Sequence record: SRR20825010_2151
Reading direction: 5' to 3' (one strand)
Length of the DNA stretch: 64,000 nt
This document shows, in pieces, positions 47,894-58,020 of the stretch. The notes under the pieces were generated by a model. That model did no database searches, was not told the origin of the DNA, and saw nothing but the letters and a program-made list of their open reading frames with translations. A program made the translations under genes and the position numbers. How positions within the stretch are numbered: position 1 is the stretch's first letter; each line of letters begins with the position of its first letter.

Positions 47894-48694
47894 ATGCGAT
47901 ACTTACTTACCATAGCTTTAATCTTCAGTCAAGCACTTGCTTTTGCGCAGGGAATTCCGGCAAAGCCGAACCCAATGCGATTGGTGAATGATTTTACTGG
48001 CACAACCTTATCAACTGCTGATGCCAGTGCACTTGAGCAAAAGCTCTTAAATTACGAAGACACCACTTCGACACAAGTTTCGATTCTGATCGTAGCATCA
48101 CTTGATGGTTATGAGGTGGTGGATTTTGCTCAGCAAACGGGACAAAAATGGGGTATTGGCCAAGCGGAAAAAGAGAATGGTGTTTTTATAGTTGTGGCTA
48201 TAGATGACCGCAAAGCGGCAATTGTAACGGGCTACGGTATGGAAGGCTCCATTACCGATGCGGCTACTTATACCATTCGTGAGGATTATATGAATCCACG
48301 CTTTAGGGAAGGTAACTTCTATCAAGGTTTAGACGATGCTACCACAGTAATTTTTAAACTGGCCTCTGGTGAATATACATCAGATGAAGTTGCTAGCGGA
48401 AACACTGGCGGTGGCGGTGGTGGTTTTCCATTCTTTACCTTGTTTATTCTCTTCTTCTTTATCATTCCTGCCTTGGTGGGAAAAAGAAGAGGTAATAGCC
48501 ATGGTTCACGAGGAATTCCATGGTGGGCTTGGCTCATGATGGGCAGCGGAGGTGGAAACCATAACGACAAATGGGATAATTTCCGTGGTGGCGGAGGCTC
48601 ATTTGGTGGAGGTTCTGGCTTTGGTGGCGGAGGCGGCTTTGGCGGTTTCGGAGGTGGAAGCTTTGGTGGAGGCGGCTCTGGCGGAAGCTGGTAA
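47894..48694 (+). CDS. TPM domain protein (YgcG-like) with Gly-rich tail
   Basis: LVNDF, WGIG..EKENGV, GYGMEG.ITD, C-terminal GGGSFGGGGSGGSW. Confidence 0.92.
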   Translation: MRYLLTIALIFSQALAFAQGIPAKPNPMRLVNDFTGTTLSTADASALEQKLLNYEDTTSTQVSILIVASLDGYEVVDFAQQTGQKWGIGQAEKENGVFIVVAIDDRKAAIVTGYGMEGSITDAATYTIREDYMNPRFREGNFYQGLDDATTVIFKLASGEYTSDEVASGNTGGGGGGFPFFTLFILFFFIIPALVGKRRGNSHGSRGIPWWAWLMMGSGGGNHNDKWDNFRGGGGSFGGGSGFGGGGGFGGFGGGSFGGGGSGGSW

Positions 48695-48719
48695 ACCTAA
48701 TTCACTTAAAAAAATATTT

Positions 48720-48752
48720 AAACCCCTTTCAAGAAATTGGAAGGGGTTTTTT
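48720..48752 (+). terminator. Intrinsic terminator
   Basis: aaacccctttcaa-gaaa-ttggaaggggtttttt. Confidence 0.85.
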
Positions 48753-48822
48753 GTTCACTAATCACCTACTCTACGCTGTAGGGGACGGGGGTGGATGGCC
48801 TAATACTGAAGTAGACTATCGG

Positions 48823-48870
48823 CACTTCAGCACCTAAACACCTAAACACCTCAATACTTCAACACCTCTT
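48823..48870. repeat. Degenerate 8-nt tandem array running into the LytTR gene 3' end
   Basis: cacttcag cacctaaa cacctaaa cacctcaa tacttcaa cacctctt. Confidence 0.7.
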
Positions 48871-49600
48871 TCAACTTACTGTGCCCGCTGCGGCTCACGG
48901 GCAATTGGGCACCAGTTTTTAGGCTGAGTAAATAAGAGTCCTTTTCGTAGAGCTCTAGTTTTTCAATGTGTTTAATGGAGACAATGTGAGAACGATGCAC
49001 ACGAATAAAATCACCAATTGGTAGATTATCTTCCAGATGTTTCATCCGCATCAATTTCAAAAATTTACCTTGGTCTGAATGAATGGCTACATAATCATCT
49101 TGCGCCTCAAAATGCGCAATTTGGTCCAAGCCAAGGATATGGATTTTGTTTCCCGTTTTTACCACCAAACGATCAATACCTTCCGAAAGCTCTTCGCGTT
49201 TTTCAGTTAAGGTTTCAATTTCTTTTTGGGCTGATGAAGTCCTAGATTCAATTTTATCGATTGCTTTTTGAACCGCTCCTTTAAAGCGTTCTTCGGAATA
49301 AGGCTTTAGTAAATAATCTGTAGCGTTCAGTTCAAAAGCTTTGATTGCATATTGATCGAAAGCGGTGCTGAAGATGACCACTGGAGGGGTTTCAATTAAT
49401 TCCAGCATTTCAAAACCCGTTACTTTTGGCATTTGAATGTCTAGAAAAAGTAAATCAGGTTGATGTTCTTGAATTGCCTTCAAACCCTGAAAGCCGTCAC
49501 CACATTCTGCTATCACTTCCACCTGAGCAAAGTTTTGCAAATAAGCCTTGATGATATCGCGGGCTAATTTTTCATCGTCAACAATTATGGCATTGATCAT
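48851..49600 (-). CDS. LytTR family response regulator
   Basis: IVDDE, FLDIQMP, TAFDQYA, FIRVHRSHIV, VSRS. Confidence 0.93.
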   Translation of the reverse strand: MINAIIVDDEKLARDIIKAYLQNFAQVEVIAECGDGFQGLKAIQEHQPDLLFLDIQMPKVTGFEMLELIETPPVVIFSTAFDQYAIKAFELNATDYLLKPYSEERFKGAVQKAIDKIESRTSSAQKEIETLTEKREELSEGIDRLVVKTGNKIHILGLDQIAHFEAQDDYVAIHSDQGKFLKLMRMKHLEDNLPIGDFIRVHRSHIVSIKHIEKLELYEKDSYLLSLKTGAQLPVSRSGHSKLKEVLKY

Positions 49601-50652
49601 TTTTCGCTGGGTTGGGGAATGTCCAAACGGACGGTAAATAGATTTTCGTTGGTTTCGGTAAACACTAATTTCGGTACGCCATAAATGACGCGCAAACGTT
49701 CGCGCACATTTTTAAGCCCAATACCTTTGCCTTTTTTGCTCACGGCTTTTGGGTCGAATTCGTTGGTCATGGAAAGGCGAAGAATACCACTTTCGGTTTT
49801 TGCCATTACACGAATGGTCACATCTTCTAAGCTTTCGTAAATACCATGTTTAACGGAGTTTTCAATCAAAGGCTGAAGAATGAGGTTCGGCAACGTGAGG
49901 TTTAATGCTTCTATGTCAATCTGGGTTTCTACTTGAAGTCGGTCGCCAAAACGTACTTTTTCTATTTCTAAATAGAGCATCAAGTTGGCCATTTCTTCTT
50001 CCAAAGTATTCAGCTGGTGGTTTTCCTTTCCCAAAGAATAGCGAAGAAAATCGGAAAGCTTCACCACCATTTCGCGTGCCTGATTAGGTGCTGTAATGGT
50101 CAGCGATGCAATAGAATTAAGACTGTTGAAAATAAAATGCGGATTGATCTGCGACTTCAACATCTCCAATTCCGACTCCTTGAGCATAGTTTCTAACTGG
50201 GCTTGTTGCTGACCCCTATCCCTTAAATCATCATAATACTTTATAAGGTGGTACACCAAAATGAGCACCGCATAGTAAAGCAAACCCAAACCAGAACGCC
50301 AAACAATTGAGCTATTCAGATAGATCAACGAGTCTTCTGTCTGAGGCAATACGTTTTTTAAAATGGTAATGGTGATAAAAACACCAGCGGCTACTGAGAG
50401 CGCGGCAGCGACCAAATGACTTACAATAAGGTTGAGAATTTGAGAAGATTCGAAGGAATTATACCGTACTACAAACCAAAATGCTAGTCCTAGTCCATAG
50501 AAAGTACCGTTAAAAATGAAGCTATCAATATTCGCTTCTTTAGTGCTGAAATCATAAAAATACCCAAGGCTCAGCCCAAACAGAATGGCAACAAATAGCC
50601 ATACCGCGGTGTAAAAAATAATACCATTGTTTTTTAGAAAGGGGTGGTTCAT
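49597..50652 (-). CDS. LytS-type membrane sensor histidine kinase
   Basis: About 4 TM helices, LKSQINPHFIFNSLN, QPLIENSVKHG, GIGLKNV. Confidence 0.92.
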   Translation of the reverse strand: MNHPFLKNNGIIFYTAVWLFVAILFGLSLGYFYDFSTKEANIDSFIFNGTFYGLGLAFWFVVRYNSFESSQILNLIVSHLVAAALSVAAGVFITITILKNVLPQTEDSLIYLNSSIVWRSGLGLLYYAVLILVYHLIKYYDDLRDRGQQQAQLETMLKESELEMLKSQINPHFIFNSLNSIASLTITAPNQAREMVVKLSDFLRYSLGKENHQLNTLEEEMANLMLYLEIEKVRFGDRLQVETQIDIEALNLTLPNLILQPLIENSVKHGIYESLEDVTIRVMAKTESGILRLSMTNEFDPKAVSKKGKGIGLKNVRERLRVIYGVPKLVFTETNENLFTVRLDIPQPSEK

Positions 50653-50712
50653 AGAAATCTAAACGAAACGAAAATTAGTGATTTCTGCTAAGGCTTTATA
50701 AAAAAATAAAAA

Positions 50713-50754
50713 AGAGTATTGAATCAAGAGCGACCAACTCTAACTCAATACTCT
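50713..50754. repeat. 10-bp inverted repeat built on the GAGTATT unit
   Basis: agagtattga (50713-50722) and tcaatactct (50745-50754). Confidence 0.65.
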
Positions 50755-50771
50755 AGATTTAAGCTACCGTT

Positions 50772-51470
50772 TTACTTTACTTCGCCTCCACCAAAAAGAA
50801 CCAATCCTTTTATTACGAGCTCTTTTCCTATGTTGGCTTCATTTTCGGTTATCATTTTTCTTTCGTCTGAAAATCCTCCGAAAATGGCAGTTACCTTTAC
50901 TTTTACATTCATGTCAGACGGAACTTTGATCTCCGTTCCGCCAAACAGTACAAATACATCCAAAATATTCGTGCCACTGGCAACTTCTGCACCTCGAAGG
51001 TTCAAATCTGTTCCTCCGAAGATGGTAGTTATCTTTCCTCCACTAAACTGTTTTGAGGTAATTTGTCTTTCTGCTCCACAGAAAATCGCGATTTCGTCTA
51101 CGCTATCTAATTCTGCTTCAGTATTTTTTTTTTCCTCACGACCGTCTTTATCCATTCCTCTTCTGAAAAGAAGCGAACCACCGATGATGATGAAGATAAC
51201 AGGCCAGAAGTCGAAGATGTCTCTAAAATCAAGATAGTAAACATCTCTTATTAAGAAGGCAGCCCCGATGGCTACGAATGTTAACCCCAGACCTACTTTT
51301 TCTCGCATTGTGGCAACAAAAATACCGATTAAGATCATGATGGAATACCATTCGGTAAAGTACCATGGAAGACGAATATCGAAGACACCAATGTTGTCTA
51401 ATGTCCATAAAGAACCGATGATCAAAAAGAGAGCACCTACGATATACCTTTTACTAGCTGACTGTGACAT
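50772..51470 (-). CDS. LiaF-like membrane protein (TM region plus DUF2154-like C-terminal domain)
   Basis: TM helices with FWPV motif, then IFGG/LFGG repeats and KGLVLFGGGEVK; start moved to MSQS. Confidence 0.85.
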   Translation of the reverse strand: MSQSASKRYIVGALFLIIGSLWTLDNIGVFDIRLPWYFTEWYSIMILIGIFVATMREKVGLGLTFVAIGAAFLIRDVYYLDFRDIFDFWPVIFIIIGGSLLFRRGMDKDGREEKKNTEAELDSVDEIAIFCGAERQITSKQFSGGKITTIFGGTDLNLRGAEVASGTNILDVFVLFGGTEIKVPSDMNVKVKVTAIFGGFSDERKMITENEANIGKELVIKGLVLFGGGEVK

Positions 51471-51586
51471 AATTTTTTGGCTTAAATGCAGGCAGAAAAA
51501 TTTTCTGCCTGCTGTGGTTGTTGTTTTGAGTAATTGTTGTTGTTTAATTGACCGGTGTTTTTTGACCTTTGGGCTTGAAACACATT

Positions 51587-51656
51587 CAAATGTACGTGGC
51601 ATTGGAGTGTTTTTGTTGGCGGAATTCGGTGAACGAACGCCTGAACTCGGTAAACG
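51587..51656 (-). promoter_or_regulatory. Bacteroidota promoter with upstream LytTR direct repeats
   Basis: TACATTTG (-7 motif, 51587-51594 minus strand); tcggtgaacg (51626-51635) and tcggtaaacg (51647-51656) 21 nt apart. Confidence 0.7.
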
Positions 51657-51773
51657 CACAATGTTTTCGACCACCACATTCAGCAGTTTTAAATAATCGG
51701 TGAATAACATGACCGAATTACTTTCTAACTAGTCGTTCATTGCCTAATTTTGAATTGAATAAAATCTCATCAC

Positions 51774-53174
51774 ATGGAATATAGAATAGAGAAGGATACC
51801 ATGGGGGACGTTAAAGTTCCTGCAGACAAATACTGGGGAGCCCAAACCGAGCGCTCAAGAAACAATTTTAAAATTGGACCAGAAGCCAGTATGCCGCTTG
51901 AAGTAGTATATGGTTTTGCCTACCTTAAAAAAGCGGCAGCCCATACCAACCATGCTTTGGGTGTTTTGGCAGTAGAAAAGCGCGATCTTATTTCTAAAGT
52001 GTGCGATGAGATTTTAGAAGGAAAACACGATGACCAATTTCCATTGGTGATTTGGCAAACAGGTTCGGGCACGCAATCAAATATGAATGTGAACGAAGTG
52101 GTAGCCAACCGTGCGCATGTAATTGCCGGTCATAAATTGGGCGAAGGAAAGACAGAAGTTCACCCGAATGACGATGTGAATAAATCACAATCATCAAATG
52201 ATACTTACCCAACAGGTATGCACATTGCGTCCTACAAAATGATTATTGAGACTACCATTCCGGGAGTTGAAAGATTACGAGATACGCTACAGGCCAAGTC
52301 TAAGGAGTTTATGAAAGTGGTAAAAATTGGCCGTACCCACTTAATGGACGCCACACCACTTACTTTAGGACAAGAGTTTTCGGGTTATGTTTCTCAGTTA
52401 AACCACGGCTTAAAAGCATTAAGAAACACCTTAGAGCACCTTTCAGAATTGGCTTTAGGTGGTACCGCTGTAGGTACTGGAATCAACACTCCAGAAGGCT
52501 ACTCTGAATTAGTTGCTGAGAAAATCGCTGAGTTTACAGGCCATCCATTTATTACTGCTGAAAATAAATTCGAGGCACTAGCGGCCCACGATGCATTGGT
52601 AGAAACGCACGGAGCGCTCAAGCAGATGTCAGTTTCTCTAAACAAAATTGCCAATGATATTAGAATGTTAGCCTCTGGGCCTCGTTCGGGAATTGGTGAA
52701 ATCATCATTCCATCTAACGAGCCAGGCTCTTCTATTATGCCAGGCAAAGTAAACCCAACCCAGTGTGAAGCTATGACGATGGTTTGCGCTCAAGTAATGG
52801 GAAATGATGTTGCGGTTTCAGTGGGTGGTGCCCAAGGGCATTATGAACTGAATGTGTTCAAACCAATGATGGCATACAATGTATTACAGTCTGCACGTTT
52901 AATTGGTGATGCTTGCGTTTCTTTCACTGAGAACTGTGCAATAGGCATTGAGCCAAATTACAAAAGTATTGAGCAACACGTGAACAATTCATTGATGTTG
53001 GTGACGGCTTTAAATACTAAAATAGGGTACGAAAAGGCAGCAAAAATTGCAAAAACCGCACATGAGAACGGAACTACCTTAAAGCAAGAAGCTGTCAATT
53101 TAGGCTACTTGACAGCCGATGAGTTTGACGAATGGGTAAGGCCAGAAGATATGATCGGAAGTTTGAAAAGCTGA
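51774..53174 (+). CDS. fumC: Class II fumarate hydratase
   Basis: [39 protein letters not shown]. Confidence 0.98.
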   Translation: MEYRIEKDTMGDVKVPADKYWGAQTERSRNNFKIGPEASMPLEVVYGFAYLKKAAAHTNHALGVLAVEKRDLISKVCDEILEGKHDDQFPLVIWQTGSGTQSNMNVNEVVANRAHVIAGHKLGEGKTEVHPNDDVNKSQSSNDTYPTGMHIASYKMIIETTIPGVERLRDTLQAKSKEFMKVVKIGRTHLMDATPLTLGQEFSGYVSQLNHGLKALRNTLEHLSELALGGTAVGTGINTPEGYSELVAEKIAEFTGHPFITAENKFEALAAHDALVETHGALKQMSVSLNKIANDIRMLASGPRSGIGEIIIPSNEPGSSIMPGKVNPTQCEAMTMVCAQVMGNDVAVSVGGAQGHYELNVFKPMMAYNVLQSARLIGDACVSFTENCAIGIEPNYKSIEQHVNNSLMLVTALNTKIGYEKAAKIAKTAHENGTTLKQEAVNLGYLTADEFDEWVRPEDMIGSLKS

Positions 53175-53230
53175 CATTAAAGTTATAATTTGTGATTTAA
53201 TGGGTTTCACTCAAATAAAACAAAGATAAG

Positions 53231-53890
53231 ATGAAAGCTTCTAAAGTATTTTTCACGCTTTTACTGGGCATCTTTATTGCCTCAGCCGCCATTGGTCAAG
53301 AAATGACCAAAGCCGAAAAGAAGGCCTTCAAACAAGAAATGAAGGTTTGGAAGAAAATGAAAAAGTCGATGTCTCCAGAGGACTTCAAGACACTTTCTGA
53401 GGAACACCGTAAATTGAAAACCTCCAATGCAGGAGCTTTGAGTGACATTCAAACGCTTGAAACCCAATTGAGCGGTAAGGATGGCCAAATTGGTGATTTG
53501 CAAAAACAAGTAGCCAGAATGCAAGCGTCTTATCAAGCATCTCAAAAGGAAGTAGAGAACCTAAAGGCTCAAATTGACAGTCGTCCAGCATACAATCCAG
53601 AGATAATCAATGGAGAGGATTTTAGCGTGGGTGTTGTGTTTAAAGTTCAAGTGGGTGCTTTCAGAAAGGTAGATTTAAAGAAATATGCAGATACAGCCAA
53701 GGACTTTGCTGAAGAAGGAGAGGAACTTAGAAAGTATGTAATTGGTAACTTTAGAAACTACGAAGATGCTAATGTCCTAAAAAGGTATTTAAGAGAAATG
53801 GGGGTTGAAGACGCCTGGATCGTACCCTATAAAGATGGTAAAAGAGTTCCACTCAAGGACGTTCTCCCAACTGCAGAAAAAACGAAGTAA
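53231..53890 (+). CDS. Secreted coiled-coil protein with C-terminal SPOR-like domain
   Basis: Signal peptide, heptad region, FKVQVGAFR...GNF...A...L...G..DAWIV. Confidence 0.75.
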   Translation: MKASKVFFTLLLGIFIASAAIGQEMTKAEKKAFKQEMKVWKKMKKSMSPEDFKTLSEEHRKLKTSNAGALSDIQTLETQLSGKDGQIGDLQKQVARMQASYQASQKEVENLKAQIDSRPAYNPEIINGEDFSVGVVFKVQVGAFRKVDLKKYADTAKDFAEEGEELRKYVIGNFRNYEDANVLKRYLREMGVEDAWIVPYKDGKRVPLKDVLPTAEKTK

Positions 53891-53911
53891 ACTTTTCCCG
53901 TATTAGAATTT

Positions 53912-53944
53912 AGCAGTGCTTTATTAATAAAGCACTGCTTTTTT
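53912..53944 (+). terminator. Intrinsic terminator
   Basis: Perfect 28-nt palindrome agcagtgctttatt/aataaagcactgct followed by a T-run. Confidence 0.8.
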
Positions 53945-53980
53945 ATACCCTTTTAGGTTCAATATTTACTACTTTTATAC

Positions 53981-55681
53981 ATGCAAAAGAGGTGGCTATT
54001 TAATGAAGAAGCGGACGGAGAACTGGTACAGTCGCTTCAGGAAAACCTCGGGTTAACAGAAAACCTGGCCTTATTATTCGCTCAAAAAGGAATTAAAAAC
54101 TACGATGAAGCCAAAGCTTACTTTAGACCTCAACTAGACCAGCTGCACGACCCATTTCTAATGAAAGATATGGATCGAGCTGTGGATCGATTAACCACAG
54201 CGCTAGAGAATGGAGAGAAAATTCTCGTTTATGGCGATTACGATGTAGATGGTACAACCTCAGTAGCCACTTTTTATGGCTTTCTTTCCGAAACCCATGA
54301 CACACTTGAGTTTTATATTCCAGATAGATATAAGGAGGGTTATGGCGTGTCTAAAACAGGAATAGAGTATGCTATCGAGAATGGGTTTGGGCTTATTGTG
54401 ACCTTAGATTGTGGAATCAAGGCACACAATAGGGTTGATCAAGCTCAAGAAGCGGGTATAGATGTTATCATTTGCGACCACCATACTCCGGGGGATGATT
54501 TGCCAGCAGCGTATGCGGTGCTAGATCCAAAGCGAGTAGATTGTGAATACCCTTATAAGGAATTATCGGGTTGTGGAGTAGGCTTCAAGCTTTTGCAGGC
54601 TTATTGCCAAAGAAAGGAAATTCCCCAAGAAGGACTTTTTCAATACTTGGATTTATTGGCGGTGAGTATTGCTTCGGACATTGTACCTATTACAGGAGAA
54701 AATAGAGTCTTCACTTACTTTGGTCTTAAAAAACTAAATCAAGACCCAAGACCGGGGTTAAAAGCTCTAGTAGATCTTTGTAAGAATAGAAATGACTTTA
54801 CTGTTTCCAGCATTGTTTTTGGCATTGGTCCTAGGATTAATGCTGCTGGACGAATGGATCACGCCAAAGCATCGGTAAAACTACTTTTAGCCAAGACCGA
54901 AGAAGATGCAGATGCAAAAGCATCGCTGATCAATGATAAGAATGATGCTCGTAGAGATTTCGATAACACAATTACAGAAGAGGCTTTGTTGATGATTCAA
55001 TCGGATGAAGTGCTTTTAAACGCGAAGTCAACAGTTTTGTATAAAGAAGACTGGCATAAAGGCGTGATAGGAATTGTGGCTTCCCGTTGTATTGAAAAAC
55101 ATTATCGGCCTACGGTTATTTTAACAGAATCGAATGGTAAAGTAACAGGTTCTGCAAGGTCGGTGTTGGGTTTCGATGTTTACAATGCCATTACCGAATG
55201 TGCCGATTTACTTGATCAGTATGGCGGACATATGTATGCCGCTGGAGTGACGATGGAAATTGCCAATGTGGAGGCTTTTCAAGCAAAATTTGAAAGCATA
55301 GTAGCCAGTACGATTTCGGAAGATCAACTTGTTCCTGCTATAAAAATTGATTTGGTCATCTTTCTGGATGATATCCATTTCAAGTTTTATGAAACCATTA
55401 GACAAATGGGACCTTTCGGTCCCCAAAATATGCAACCTGTTTTTGTTTCAGAAAACGTACATGCAGAAAACGCTAAAGTACTGAAGGAACAGCACCTTAA
55501 GTTTACCGTAAAGCAAGAAGGAATTAGTGGTGCTATTGATGCCATCGGTTTTGGTTTGGGTGAATATTACGATTTGGTAAATTCTGGCATGAAATTTCAC
55601 ATGGCCTATACCATTGAAGAGAACGATTTTAGAGGACATAAGAGCCTTCAACTCTTCATTAAGGATATTAAGTTTGAATGA
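53981..55681 (+). CDS. recJ: ssDNA-specific exonuclease RecJ
   Basis: YGDYDVDG, TLDCG, CDHH, PRINAAGR, GSARS, GGHMYAAG. Confidence 0.97.
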   Translation: MQKRWLFNEEADGELVQSLQENLGLTENLALLFAQKGIKNYDEAKAYFRPQLDQLHDPFLMKDMDRAVDRLTTALENGEKILVYGDYDVDGTTSVATFYGFLSETHDTLEFYIPDRYKEGYGVSKTGIEYAIENGFGLIVTLDCGIKAHNRVDQAQEAGIDVIICDHHTPGDDLPAAYAVLDPKRVDCEYPYKELSGCGVGFKLLQAYCQRKEIPQEGLFQYLDLLAVSIASDIVPITGENRVFTYFGLKKLNQDPRPGLKALVDLCKNRNDFTVSSIVFGIGPRINAAGRMDHAKASVKLLLAKTEEDADAKASLINDKNDARRDFDNTITEEALLMIQSDEVLLNAKSTVLYKEDWHKGVIGIVASRCIEKHYRPTVILTESNGKVTGSARSVLGFDVYNAITECADLLDQYGGHMYAAGVTMEIANVEAFQAKFESIVASTISEDQLVPAIKIDLVIFLDDIHFKFYETIRQMGPFGPQNMQPVFVSENVHAENAKVLKEQHLKFTVKQEGISGAIDAIGFGLGEYYDLVNSGMKFHMAYTIEENDFRGHKSLQLFIKDIKFE

Positions 55682-55705
55682 TTATTCTATTTTTGCCATT
55701 CCATC

Positions 55706-56437
55706 ATGAAATTAAGAGCCGATAACCTCGTCAAGACATACAAAAAAAGAAAAGTAGTTGATGACATTTCTGTGCAAGTTGAACAGGGAGAAATCGTTGG
55801 ATTACTTGGGCCAAATGGCGCAGGGAAAACCACTACATTCTATATGATTGTTGGCTTGATTAAGCCAAATGAGGGAAATGTCTACCTCGAAGATGAAGAT
55901 ATTACCCCCTTACCAATGTTTAAAAGGGCCAAATTAGGGATTGGGTATTTGGCACAGGAACCGAGTGTTTTCAGAAAACTTACTGTGGAAGAAAACATTA
56001 TGGCGGTGCTTGAAATGACAAAACTGCCAAAGAAATTACAGAAAGAGAAGATGGAATCTCTTTTAGAGGAGTTCAGTCTTACCCATGTGAGAAAAAATAA
56101 GGGGCAGGTACTTTCAGGGGGTGAAAGAAGAAGAACAGAGATTGCTAGAGCACTATCAGTAGACCCTAAATTTGTATTGCTTGACGAACCCTTTGCTGGT
56201 GTAGACCCTATTGCCGTGGAGGAGATTCAGTCCATTGTTTTCAAGCTGAAGCAAAAAAACATAGGTATTCTCATTACAGACCATAATGTGAATGAAACCT
56301 TGTCTATCACTGACCGTGCTTATTTGATGTTCGAGGGGAAACTTTTAAAGGCTGGAACTGCCGAAGAGTTGGCAGAGGATGAGCAGGTAAGAAAGGTATA
56401 TCTAGGTAAAAATTTTGAACTAAAGCGGAAAGTGTAA
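55706..56437 (+). CDS. lptB: LPS export ABC transporter ATP-binding protein
   Basis: [40 protein letters not shown]. Confidence 0.97.
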   Translation: MKLRADNLVKTYKKRKVVDDISVQVEQGEIVGLLGPNGAGKTTTFYMIVGLIKPNEGNVYLEDEDITPLPMFKRAKLGIGYLAQEPSVFRKLTVEENIMAVLEMTKLPKKLQKEKMESLLEEFSLTHVRKNKGQVLSGGERRRTEIARALSVDPKFVLLDEPFAGVDPIAVEEIQSIVFKLKQKNIGILITDHNVNETLSITDRAYLMFEGKLLKAGTAEELAEDEQVRKVYLGKNFELKRKV

Positions 56438-57976
56438 GTGGCAATAATTAACTCTATACTCACATGGGTAATGAAAAAGCGGATGTATCAAATCGGCCTT
56501 TTTATGAAATATCCATTAGAGGTACAAGACGAATTATTCAAGAAACTGATTACCACTGCCAGAAATACAGAGTTTGGTCGTACCCATGGTTTTGCGGACA
56601 TTCAGAATCAAGAGCAGTTTAGACGAGACATCCCTATCTTCTCTTATGAGGAAATAAACCCTTATATAGAGAGAAACATGATGGGTGAGCAAAATTTGCT
56701 TTGGCCATCAGATGTAAAGTGGTTTGCCAAATCATCGGGAACCACCAATGCCAGGAGCAAGTTTATCCCAGTTTCTTATGAGGCTCTAGAGGAATGCCAC
56801 TTTAAAGGAGGCAAGGACATGCTTTCTATATACTGCAATAATAATCCGGAAACGAGAATGTTCGATGGCAAGGGTCTCACCATTGGTGGAAGCCAGCAGA
56901 TGAATCAATTCGACAGTAGCCAAGAGTCGTTTTATGGAGATGTCTCAGCAGTAATCATGTCTAACCTTCCGTATTGGACAAGATTCGTTCGTACACCTGC
57001 ATTAGACATTGCCTTAATGGATGAATGGGAGTCTAAAATTGAGATCATGGCCAAAACTACCATGGATGAGAATGTGACCAGCATTTCGGGAGTGCCTACA
57101 TGGACGATTATTTTGCTCCAAAAAATAATGGAGCTTAAGGGAACAGATAACATTCATGACGTCTGGCCGAACCTCGAAGTCTTCTTTCACGGAGCAGTGG
57201 CTTTTGGCCCGTATAAAAATATTTTTCAGAAAATGATTCCTTATAGCGGGATGTATTATATGGAAACCTATAATGCATCTGAGGGCTTTTTTGGTATTCA
57301 GGATGTAATGGGGTCTGAGGATATGTTGCTCATGTTGGATTATGGCATTTTCTATGAATTCATTCCTTTTGCCGAAATACACAAAGATTCGCCCAAGGTA
57401 ATTGGGTTGGAAGAAGTAGAAGAAGGCGAAAACTATGCCTTGCTCATTTCTACCAATGCTGGCTTGTGGAGGTATAAAATCGGAGACACCATTCAGTTTA
57501 CATCCGTTTCTCCCTATAGAATTCGAATTTCAGGAAGAACAAAGCACTATATAAATGCTTTTGGAGAAGAGTTGGTTGTTGAAAATGCAGAAAGGGCAAT
57601 TGCTGTGGCTTCAGAAAAAACAGGCGCTCTGATTAACAACTTTACGGCTGCTCCAAAATACTTTAGCCAAGATGAAAAGGCAGCCCACGAATGGGTGGTT
57701 GAATTTGAAAAGGAACCTGATAGTCTTGAAGAATTCACTCGATTTTTGGATGAAACGCTTCGCGAAATCAACTCAGACTATGATGCCAAGCGTTATAAAG
57801 ATATGGCATTGACCAGCCCGATTGTTCATAGGGCCGAAGTGGGAACTTTTTATAAATGGATGAAGGGAAGGGGAAAGCTGGGTGGTCAGAACAAAGTGCC
57901 TAGACTCTCAAACACACGAGAGTACCTAGACGATATTCTAAAGATGTTAGGGGCAAATCACAAGCAAGTATTATAA
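56438..57976 (+). CDS. GH3 family acyl-adenylate/amido synthetase-like protein
   Basis: KSSGTT, YNASEG, WRYKIGD, GGQNKVPR; GTG start abutting the lptB stop. Confidence 0.9.
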   Translation: MAIINSILTWVMKKRMYQIGLFMKYPLEVQDELFKKLITTARNTEFGRTHGFADIQNQEQFRRDIPIFSYEEINPYIERNMMGEQNLLWPSDVKWFAKSSGTTNARSKFIPVSYEALEECHFKGGKDMLSIYCNNNPETRMFDGKGLTIGGSQQMNQFDSSQESFYGDVSAVIMSNLPYWTRFVRTPALDIALMDEWESKIEIMAKTTMDENVTSISGVPTWTIILLQKIMELKGTDNIHDVWPNLEVFFHGAVAFGPYKNIFQKMIPYSGMYYMETYNASEGFFGIQDVMGSEDMLLMLDYGIFYEFIPFAEIHKDSPKVIGLEEVEEGENYALLISTNAGLWRYKIGDTIQFTSVSPYRIRISGRTKHYINAFGEELVVENAERAIAVASEKTGALINNFTAAPKYFSQDEKAAHEWVVEFEKEPDSLEEFTRFLDETLREINSDYDAKRYKDMALTSPIVHRAEVGTFYKWMKGRGKLGGQNKVPRLSNTREYLDDILKMLGANHKQVL

Positions 57977-58020
57977 AGTATGATTGCCTCCCTTCTTAAC
58001 GAATAGCGTATATTACCCTT

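Noticed and set aside
48580-48694. GGN-rich low-complexity repeat
   Set aside because: Encodes the normal Gly-rich tail of TPM/YgcG proteins.
51471-51710. N-terminal extension of the LiaF-like ORF (312 aa) and overlapping ORFs 51268-51696 and 51482-51679
   Set aside because: The region holds promoter and LytTR-like motifs and the extension looks non-protein-like; the start at 51470 fits better.
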